A stretch of DNA of 13,705 nucleotides. Origin: Campylobacterota bacterium (GTDB taxonomy: Bacteria; Campylobacterota; Campylobacteria; Campylobacterales; Arcobacteraceae). The first letter of the stretch is position 1, and each line of letters opens with the position of its first letter. Shown here in pieces: positions 6,737 to 13,705 of this stretch. A model generated the notes under the pieces. The model made no database searches. It was not told where the DNA came from and worked only from the letters and a program-made list of their open reading frames with translations. The position numbers and the translations under genes were made by a program. Where the stretch lies: positions 1-13,705 of the forward strand of contig JBNJFB010000057.1 of NCBI GenBank assembly GCA_051746405.1. The letters are read 5' to 3'.

Positions 6737-7578
6737 TTATTTATCTGAGGTATTTATTTCATTCTCTAAATTTTTTAATGTTTTTAATATCTCTTCAAAA
6801 GTTAATTTTTTATCAAATATCATATTTTCCATAGCTTTATAATCTTTTTTTAAATCATTAATATGAATTTTTGAGGGGGTTAGTTTTATAGTTCCTGGCT
6901 TTGCTTCTTCAAGTCTTGTCCACGTTGCAGGATAGAATTTTAGTTTGAAATCAACAACTTGTTTTAATAAATCAATATCATTTAAAGCTTCATCTTTTAC
7001 ACTTGATTTAGCCATCATTGCTAAATCATAATAATGCCTTGAGTATCTAATTGGTAACTTCTTATCTTTACCTCTATTTGCTTCTTGATGTAAAATTGTA
7101 GCTTTTTCCCAAAAAGTTCTTTTTGCAAGTATCGCATTTACTTTGCATGTTTGTTGTTCAAATAGATTTGGGAATAAATCGACTACATAAGGAGATATTT
7201 CAAAACTATCATAAGGCATCCATACAGCTAAAGGTCCTATTTCAAGTAAGATTTCATTTCTTAAGTATTTATCTTTAAAAGTTGCAGGATAATAAATTTT
7301 TATATTAAAAAGATTGTTTTCATCTATTTTACAACTACATATTGGATTTAACAAATATTTAACTATAGGTAAAAGAGTTTCTCTTATATAAATTAATGCA
7401 TTTTCATTTACTTCTTGATTAAACTTTTATTTAGTCTTTCATCTTTAAAAAGTTTATCAAGCACCCAAACAACCCAAAAATCTTTTTCTATAATTGAAGG
7501 GGTTGCTCCTATTCTAACTGCAGCTTCAGTAAAAAGCTCTCTTTTTTCTTTGTTATTAAGTTCTATTATTCTATACAT
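6737..7578 (-). pseudogene. abiEii: AbiEii/AbiGii-type nucleotidyltransferase toxin, internally deleted and frameshifted
   Basis: The ATG at 7578 overlaps the antitoxin stop. The N-terminal fragment MYRIIEL...PSIIEKDFWVVWVLDKLF...LNKSLIKK* stops at 7408-7410. A second frame, open from 7426 to 6737, carries LLEIG, RTFWEKATILH and RYSRHYYDL. The usual FKGGTSLSK...RFSEDID segment between them is absent. Confidence 0.85.
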
Positions 7579-8191
7579 TTTCAATTCTCTTTTTAGTGCA
7601 TATTTCTTTTATAGTCATATATATCCAATTAGATGATGTTTTTGTATCTTTTAATATTTTCTCATACATTTTTTCATCTATTTGTTTTTGAATTTTAATT
7701 ATAACTTCTTTTGAAATATTTTCTTTTCCAAGTGTTTTTAATGCTTGAACTATTAATGAGCTCTCTTTATATTTGAAGCCAATATTTTTCAATGATGATT
7801 TTTTAAATTCAATATTTATATTATTTAAAATATTATACTTTTTTGATGGACCACTTGATAAATAAACATAATTAGCAACTATTTGAGTGGATATTCCTAA
7901 AATATTTAATGCAGTATCTCCACTAACTTCTATTTTCCAGTTAAATTTTCTTGCATAGGCGTATGCTATTTGTTCCACGTCAGGAGAAAGATCTGTTTTC
8001 AAAAGTTCACTATATTTTGGGAAGTCATAAATACCTCTAGATATTCTTCGTATCTTACCTTTTTTAACTAAATCAGATAGGGTATTATCTATCTCTTGTC
8101 TGGAGAATTTATGTATTAAATCACTTGATGAAAAAGCCCAACCCCTTCCATGACCTGCAATAAAGTAAAATACCTTTTCATAGAGTTTCAA
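7571..8191 (-). CDS. abiEi: Type IV TA antitoxin, AbiEi-like (DUF6088-like, N-terminal winged helix)
   Basis: 206 aa with LSDLVKKGKIRRISRGIY, SGDTALNILGISTQI and YLSSGPSK. TTG start with an AAGGA RBS; translationally coupled to abiEii. Confidence 0.85.
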   Translation of the reverse strand: MKLYEKVFYFIAGHGRGWAFSSSDLIHKFSRQEIDNTLSDLVKKGKIRRISRGIYDFPKYSELLKTDLSPDVEQIAYAYARKFNWKIEVSGDTALNILGISTQIVANYVYLSSGPSKKYNILNNINIEFKKSSLKNIGFKYKESSLIVQALKTLGKENISKEVIIKIQKQIDEKMYEKILKDTKTSSNWIYMTIKEICTKKRIENV

Positions 8192-8208
8192 GAAATATTC
8201 CTTAATAA

Positions 8209-8246
8209 TTAAATCTAGAAAAAAGTATATCTATTTCTAGATTTAA
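8209..8246. promoter_or_regulatory. Inverted-repeat operator of the abiE promoter
   Basis: TTAAATCTAGAAA-N12-TTTCTAGATTTAA with perfect 13-bp arms. A minus-strand TATACT (-10-like, 8224-8229) lies in the spacer. AbiEi proteins are known to autorepress through promoter inverted repeats. Confidence 0.7.
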
Positions 8247-8282
8247 ATTAGCTTCATATTTATAGAAGAGAAAATAATAATG

Positions 8283-8381
8283 CTACTTTTTATTTTCCAT
8301 TTTATGGGTTAAGAGCGCTAAAAGTAGAACTACTACAGTGATAACTGAAAAGCTTATAAGCTCATTTGTAAATGTCTCCAT
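8283..8381 (-). CDS. Putative 32-aa single-pass membrane protein
   Basis: METFTNELISFSVITVVVLLLALLTHKMENKK*. It starts 8 nt after the MCP stop and has a 17-residue hydrophobic run followed by a basic tail. It is below the ORF-track size cutoff and the RBS is weak. Confidence 0.55.
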   Translation of the reverse strand: METFTNELISFSVITVVVLLLALLTHKMENKK

Positions 8382-8389
8382 ACTATAAA

Positions 8390-10612
8390 CTACTCTTTTC
8401 TAAATTTTTTATTATCTGTGTTTTTGATAATCTCTACAGCTATCTGATTTGTTTGTGTAGCTATATCTTTTGCATTTGAAGCAACTTTTGCATTATCTTG
8501 GGTGATTTTATCTATTTTTGTAACAGCCTCATTTATTTGTGATATTGTTTTACTCTGTTCTTGTGTTGCTTGGGTTACATGGGTGATTATTTCACTTGTT
8601 TTTTCTATTTTATCATTCAATTTACTAAAGCCTTCAATCATCTCTTCTGAGCTATTTTTACCTTCACTTGCTTTTTCATTAGCTCTTTGAACAATCTCTT
8701 TGATATCTTTTGCAGCTTCGGCACTTCTATTTGCTAGGTTTCTAACTTCACCTGCTACTACTGCAAAACCTTTTCCTGCCTCACCTGCAGTTGCTGCTTC
8801 AACTGCTGCATTTAGACTTAAGATATTTGTTTGAAAAGCAATATTATCAATAACTGTAATTGCTTCATTTATCTCAGCTGTGGCACTGTTAATCTCATTC
8901 ATTGAGCTTTGAGTTTTTGTTGCTAAATTTTTACCACTATTTGCATAAGTTAGTGTTTCATCTGAAAGTTTTTGCATATCAATTGATTGTCTTGATATTT
9001 CTTGAATTGATGATGTAGTCTCTTCAACTGATGCAGCTGTTTCTTCTATAGATGCAGCTTGTGATAGTGCGGAGTTATTTAGTTGTTCAACATTTTGACT
9101 TAACTCTTTTGAGTTAGTGTTTAGGGTATCACCATTTGATTTATTCTCTCTTAGCATTAAAGTAATTGCTTCTCCAAGTGAGTTTATTCCATCAATTAAC
9201 TCTTTTGTTTCCCCACTAATATTTTTATTGTCAATTTTTGTTAAATAATCATAGTGTGTATATTTATCTAACTCTGATAAGATTTTATTCATCTGTTCTT
9301 GTTGATGTTTTAACATCTTATTAATTGTTTTTGCAAAAGTATTTATTTGTGGGTTTGCAGGTATTGACATTACTTGATTATCATAATGACCTTGTTCTAG
9401 TTTATTTAAAACTAAGATAGCTTCCCCAACACACTTCATATCTTGTTCTAACTCATCTTCTAAGTTTTCTAAATTTGTATTAATAAAATCAGCAATCTCG
9501 CCCAATTCACCTTTTGTATTAATATCAATAGGATTGAAGGTATTTCTTTTTCTATTCATAAAATCAAAAAACTCTTCAATACCTACTCTAATTTTTCTAA
9601 TAGATTTTATAGTATCTGTTGTAATTACTGATGCAGTAATTGAACTAATTACGATTATTAAAACTAAAAGTAAAAAAGATATTAAAAAGTCATAGTATGC
9701 ATCCATTTTTTTATAGTTTGCATCTTGAATAATACTCTTTGAGATATAGTCATCAATCTGTTTTAATAGATTAATTTTTTCTGTTATGGTTTGAAACCAA
9801 TCATCAGCTTCTATATTATAGTCGCTATTTTTTGATAGTATAAGTTCTCTCATTTTATTTACTTGGTTTATTGAGTTATCTTGTAAAGTTTGGTTTTTAT
9901 AATCAAGAAATTTTTCTACTGCAAGATTATCAAAGGTCTTCATAAAACTATTTTGCATAGCTATTAGAGTTATAAATTTATTTTTTAACTCAAGGGGTGC
10001 TTTGTCTTTACCAAATATGGCAGAACCCACAGCCCTTTCAATACCAGCTCTCTCCTTAGCTTCTAAAAAAGCATAATATGAACTACTCTCAAGTGCTATT
10101 TGTGTATTTTTTGTCTGTTTTGAAACTAGTGTAGTAAACTTTAAAAATGCAGAGTTTATATTTGTATAATAAGCTAAAGCTTTATTTAGCTCTATTTCAA
10201 AGTTATCAACCCTTTGTCTTATACTATTTACTCTTGATAGTTCTTCAAGAATATTATTTAAGCTACTAAAGCTTTTTTTATCTAAAATATTTTTTATATC
10301 ATTCTGTTTTATAAACTCATTTAATAATACTAATTTATTATTTGTCAAAGCTCTTTGTTTTTTTAGGGTTGATTCAAAGTTTTTGCCATTACTTGCAAGA
10401 AAACCAGCACTTGCACCTCTCTCTTTTTGTGTTTCATGTATTAAGTGAGATATTTGTGAGTTTAATTTCATTAGATTCTCTATATCACTTAAATTTCTAT
10501 AACTATAAAAGTTTTGAAAAATAATAATCAAAGATGTGATAACAACTGCAAACAATGGAATAAGAATAGTTATTAGTAGTTTCTGTTTTATGGGCAAATT
10601 TTTTAAAATCAT
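8390..10612 (-). CDS. Methyl-accepting chemotaxis protein with a periplasmic NIT (nitrate/nitrite-sensing) domain
   Basis: Two TM segments, the NIT motifs [14 protein letters not shown] and [11 protein letters not shown], and the signalling hairpin [37 protein letters not shown]. Confidence 0.92.
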   Translation of the reverse strand: MILKNLPIKQKLLITILIPLFAVVITSLIIIFQNFYSYRNLSDIENLMKLNSQISHLIHETQKERGASAGFLASNGKNFESTLKKQRALTNNKLVLLNEFIKQNDIKNILDKKSFSSLNNILEELSRVNSIRQRVDNFEIELNKALAYYTNINSAFLKFTTLVSKQTKNTQIALESSSYYAFLEAKERAGIERAVGSAIFGKDKAPLELKNKFITLIAMQNSFMKTFDNLAVEKFLDYKNQTLQDNSINQVNKMRELILSKNSDYNIEADDWFQTITEKINLLKQIDDYISKSIIQDANYKKMDAYYDFLISFLLLVLIIVISSITASVITTDTIKSIRKIRVGIEEFFDFMNRKRNTFNPIDINTKGELGEIADFINTNLENLEDELEQDMKCVGEAILVLNKLEQGHYDNQVMSIPANPQINTFAKTINKMLKHQQEQMNKILSELDKYTHYDYLTKIDNKNISGETKELIDGINSLGEAITLMLRENKSNGDTLNTNSKELSQNVEQLNNSALSQAASIEETAASVEETTSSIQEISRQSIDMQKLSDETLTYANSGKNLATKTQSSMNEINSATAEINEAITVIDNIAFQTNILSLNAAVEAATAGEAGKGFAVVAGEVRNLANRSAEAAKDIKEIVQRANEKASEGKNSSEEMIEGFSKLNDKIEKTSEIITHVTQATQEQSKTISQINEAVTKIDKITQDNAKVASNAKDIATQTNQIAVEIIKNTDNKKFRKE

Positions 10613-10625
10613 TATAGTGCAGTCC

Positions 10626-11012
10626 TTATCTCATTGTTTTGTATAATTCTTGGGCTTTTTGAATCTCATCTTTTGAAGCCACTTTTCTACAAGACATATA
10701 ACCCATTGAACCATCACTTGACTCAAGGGGATAGATAGTTGCATATACCCAGTAGTAGTTATCATATTTTGTTCTGTTTTTTACAAAACCTTTCCAAACT
10801 TTGCCACTTTTTATAGTTTTCCATAAATCCTCAAATGCAGCTTTTGGCATATCTGGATGTCTTAAAATATTATGTGGTTGTCCTATTAGCTCATCTAGTG
10901 TAAACTCACTTATTTCACAAAACTCATCATTAGCATATTTTATTATGCCTTTTTCATCTGTTTGAGAAACAATAAATGAATTATTATCTAATAAAATCTC
11001 TTTTTTACTCAT
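10626..11012 (-). CDS. Stand-alone Aer/CetB-type PAS sensor protein
   Basis: 128 aa: [59 protein letters not shown]. These are motifs of FAD-binding Aer-type PAS domains. Confidence 0.9.
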   Translation of the reverse strand: MSKKEILLDNNSFIVSQTDEKGIIKYANDEFCEISEFTLDELIGQPHNILRHPDMPKAAFEDLWKTIKSGKVWKGFVKNRTKYDNYYWVYATIYPLESSDGSMGYMSCRKVASKDEIQKAQELYKTMR

Positions 11013-11101
11013 TATTCTAGCCTTTTTTATGTCATGATAAATTATAATAATATTCTAATGTGATAGAACTTAAGAGATGATAATTATTATTATTTAAAGT
11101 T

Positions 11102-12400
11102 TTATAAAAGTTTATTTATACATTCAACTAGTTGTAAAATCTCTTCTTTTGTTTGAGTATAATGAATAGATATTCTAAGCCATCCTGGTTTATTATTTAT
11201 ATCAATATTTTTTATGCCCAATAAATCATGCCCATAAGGTCCTGCACAAGAGCATCCTGCTCTTGTTTGGAAACCATCAGATTTACTTAATCTATCGCAT
11301 AGTTCATAAGCATCTAAACTTTTTATATTAAAAGAGACTATTCCTATATTTTCTTGTTTTGTATTACCATAAATCTCACAGTTTGGGAGTTTCTCAAGCT
11401 CTTTAATAAAAAGATTTTTAAGTAGATTTTTCTGTTTATTTATAAACTCAAATCCCACTTCATTTCTTAATTGATAAGATAAAGAGGCTCTAATAAACTG
11501 TAAAATGCCAGGTGTCCCTGCATCCTCTCTTAGTTCAATATCTTTTTGATAAACTTGACTTTTTTTATTTACATACTCAACAGTTCCACCACCTGCAAAA
11601 GTAGGGGAGAGTGAAGTGTCTATTAATGATTTTTTGATTACAAGAAGTCCACAAGAGCCAGGACCTCCAAGTAGTTTATGGGGCGACATAAAAATAGCAT
11701 CATATAATTCACAAGAAATATTCATATAAGGTGAACTAGCAGCTGCATCAAAACATACTAAGGCATTATATTTCCTAAGAAGCTTTGAAATTTTTTTATA
11801 AGGTGTGATGATACCTGTAACATTTGAAGCAATACAAAAAGAGCCTATTATCTCTCTTCCTTTATTCTTTTTTAGTATTTTTTTTAGATGTTTTAAGTCA
11901 ACAAGCCCCTCATCATCCAATCTAACTCTTTTTATTTCACAAAGTGCTTCCCTAAATGAAACCTCATTTGAGTGGTGCTCATATGGTCCTACAATAACTA
12001 AAGGAAGCTTAGATTTTTTAACTTTTATATCATATCTTTTTTTTGTAGCAGGTGGTATGTAAATTCCCAATAACTCTTGTAAGTGTTTTATTGCAGCAGT
12101 ACTTCCACAACCACTTGGCAAAATAGTAAAGTCCTTATTCAACTCTAAGTTATTATGGAGATTATCTCTAGCCTTTTCATAATAATATGTTGTAGCTTTT
12201 GCATTTGATGACTCTTGAGAGTGTGTATTTGCATAGGTTTCAAGTACATCTCTTACTCTATTTTCAATAGGTCTAAAAGCAAGACCTGATGCAGTATAAT
12301 CAAAATACTCTTTTTTTGCTTTTCCTATAGTGTTGTATTTTAAAAAATCTTGTACATTTGTGTTTTCATTAAAAAAAGGTTTAAAAATATCTCTAGTCAT
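11102..12400 (-). CDS. Class V PLP-dependent aminotransferase / cysteine-desulfurase-like (SufS-like) enzyme
   Basis: YFDYTASG, EHHSN, SNVTG, FDAAA, SPHK (PLP lysine), AGTP and RAGCSCA. Confidence 0.88.
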   Translation of the reverse strand: MTRDIFKPFFNENTNVQDFLKYNTIGKAKKEYFDYTASGLAFRPIENRVRDVLETYANTHSQESSNAKATTYYYEKARDNLHNNLELNKDFTILPSGCGSTAAIKHLQELLGIYIPPATKKRYDIKVKKSKLPLVIVGPYEHHSNEVSFREALCEIKRVRLDDEGLVDLKHLKKILKKNKGREIIGSFCIASNVTGIITPYKKISKLLRKYNALVCFDAAASSPYMNISCELYDAIFMSPHKLLGGPGSCGLLVIKKSLIDTSLSPTFAGGGTVEYVNKKSQVYQKDIELREDAGTPGILQFIRASLSYQLRNEVGFEFINKQKNLLKNLFIKELEKLPNCEIYGNTKQENIGIVSFNIKSLDAYELCDRLSKSDGFQTRAGCSCAGPYGHDLLGIKNIDINNKPGWLRISIHYTQTKEEILQLVECINKLL

Positions 12401-12493
12401 TGCTTTCTTTCTATACTTAAATTAGTTTATATTATTAAATTTATAATTTTAAATTATTTATAATAAGATTTAGCTTGTAGTTTTATTAAACAC

Positions 12494-12513
12494 CAATAGA
12501 AATCTCTCTATTG
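12494..12513 (-). terminator. Possible terminator hairpin after the reductase-like gene
   Basis: CAATAGA-N6-TCTATTG, 5 nt past the stop. The U tract is weak. Confidence 0.4.
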
Positions 12514-12518
12514 ATATT

Positions 12519-13610
12519 TTAAGGAATAACAAAATCTAATTTTTCAAGCTCTAAAGCTAGCTTATGAGCAGTTTTTGTTTTTGCATCTAAAATAATTAGA
12601 TTGCCTTTATGTGTAATTTTTAGTTTTGAAGCTTCATATTTATCTAAAAGATTTAAAACAGCATCAAATAGTTTTACATCTACTCTTTTATCTTTTACTT
12701 TAAAACCAATATAACTCTCATCTTTAATTTTGCTATTGTTTATACCTAATCTTGGCTGTTTTCCTAAAGAAAACTCATCATCTATATCTTCATCTTTGAT
12801 TTTAAAAGTTACAGTTGAATCTAAAACATCAAAAAATTCACTAAACCCCCATGAGCCAACAAACCATGAAAATAAGCTATCTTCAAAGTTATCTCTACTA
12901 CCAAACTCTTTATATGTTTTAGCAATAGCCCTTGCAGTTGGTACAACTTGTGATGGAGTTACAAATCCTAAATGCTCACCAATAACTCTAAGGGAAAAAA
13001 CAACTTTCCCTTTTTTATTTTTGTAAGCATTAAAACTAACATCAGGAGTAAACTCTAAAGAACAACCTTGCGTATAGCCACTGATTGCTATTTTCAAACT
13101 ATTTGGTAGATTTGAAAAGTTTTTATTTCCTCTGAAAGTTTCATTTAGTTTTGTAGCTAAATCACTCACGTCCATTATTTGAGTTTCGTCAATGCCATTT
13201 ACAGGACAAGTTATAATATTTCTTACATTGTGACCTGATTCGCTAATAGTATTAACTCCAACATCATGTAAAAGCTTAAAAATATGTGGAAAACTACCTA
13301 TTTTTATATCATTGAGTTCAACTTTTTGAGATTTTGTAATAGTTAGTTTATTATTACTAAACTCTTTACTAATAGTACTTAGGACTATAGCTTGCTTTAA
13401 AGTGATTTCACCTAAATTAAAAGGAATTTTTAAAGTAAAAAGTTCACTATTATCTTGCTTGTGAATTCCATACCAAGTGAACCTTACTAAATCTTCCTCT
13501 TTTGGCTTCTCTCCAAGTACCGCATAGATATAGATGTCACTTATAACATCTAATCCATCTTTCTCTTTTTTTATTTTTTCAATATCCATTGTGACTAGGT
13601 TCCTTGACAT
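12519..13610 (-). CDS. Nitrite/sulfite reductase-like protein, short and lacking the siroheme/[4Fe-4S] ligands
   Basis: IEKIKKEKDGLDV, WYGIH, NVRNIITCPVNG, NLPNSLKIAISG and FGSRDN follow the NirA/CysI N-terminal pattern. It has only 363 aa and only two cysteines. Confidence 0.75.
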   Translation of the reverse strand: MSRNLVTMDIEKIKKEKDGLDVISDIYIYAVLGEKPKEEDLVRFTWYGIHKQDNSELFTLKIPFNLGEITLKQAIVLSTISKEFSNNKLTITKSQKVELNDIKIGSFPHIFKLLHDVGVNTISESGHNVRNIITCPVNGIDETQIMDVSDLATKLNETFRGNKNFSNLPNSLKIAISGYTQGCSLEFTPDVSFNAYKNKKGKVVFSLRVIGEHLGFVTPSQVVPTARAIAKTYKEFGSRDNFEDSLFSWFVGSWGFSEFFDVLDSTVTFKIKDEDIDDEFSLGKQPRLGINNSKIKDESYIGFKVKDKRVDVKLFDAVLNLLDKYEASKLKITHKGNLIILDAKTKTAHKLALELEKLDFVIP

Positions 13611-13705
13611 TAAATAGCCTTACAGTTCCATTCTGGGAAGTTTTCTCTTATATAAGCATTTAAAGCAACTTCAGCATCAGTATATTTTTTAATCTGATTG
13701 CTAAA
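13610..13705 (-). CDS. cysN: Sulfate adenylyltransferase large subunit, C-terminal end (partial)
   Basis: FSNQIKKYTDAEVALNAYIRENFPEWNCKAI* resembles the CysN C-terminal ELNALVRRHFPHW motif. TAATG stop/start overlap with the downstream reductase-like gene. Only 31 codons are visible. Confidence 0.7.
   Translation of the reverse strand, partial: FSNQIKKYTDAEVALNAYIRENFPEWNCKAI

Noticed and set aside
6737..7354. 205-aa ORF as a complete stand-alone gene
   Set aside because: It is the C-terminal part of the broken abiEii. The TTG start is internal and the frame is open further upstream, to 7426.
7408..7430. Programmed ribosomal frameshift restoring AbiEii
   Set aside because: Even a frameshifted product would lack the catalytic GGT/SEDID segment, so a deletion explains the sequence better.
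7415..7636. 73-aa plus-strand ORF
   Set aside because: It is the antisense shadow of the abiEi end and the abiEii N-terminal fragment.
8502..8690. 62-aa plus-strand ORF
   Set aside because: It is antisense within the MCP signalling domain.
10342..10524. 60-aa plus-strand ORF
   Set aside because: It is antisense within the MCP NIT domain and has no independent support.
11805..12062. 85-aa plus-strand ORF
   Set aside because: It is an antisense shadow of the class V aminotransferase.
12730..13026. 98-aa plus-strand ORF
   Set aside because: It is an antisense shadow of the reductase-like gene.

Overview
AT-rich bacterial chromosomal segment whose gene content and protein styles point to Campylobacterota, most likely Arcobacteraceae (inference). 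The left flank holds a partial glutaminase (minus strand), typA/bipA, and an Hsp20 gene whose promoter carries a near-perfect CIRCE box and a HAIR-like box. The middle (about 3400-8250) is a rearranged accessory hotspot. A complete IS1634-family element (4104-5762, 13-bp terminal IRs) is flanked by an apparently identical 689-bp direct repeat. That repeat duplicates an entire DUF4168-like exported-protein gene and starts at a palindrome, which recurs a third time at 6659-6693. Then come back-to-back gene remnants and an AbiEi/AbiEii type IV toxin-antitoxin locus whose toxin lacks its catalytic segment and is frameshifted. The right flank is all minus strand: the cysN 3' end, a nitrite/sulfite-reductase-like protein lacking the siroheme/Fe-S ligands, a class V PLP enzyme, an Aer/CetB-type stand-alone PAS protein, a NIT-domain chemoreceptor and an unannotated 32-aa single-TM ORF. 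All family calls come from motif recognition by eye; no searches were run.
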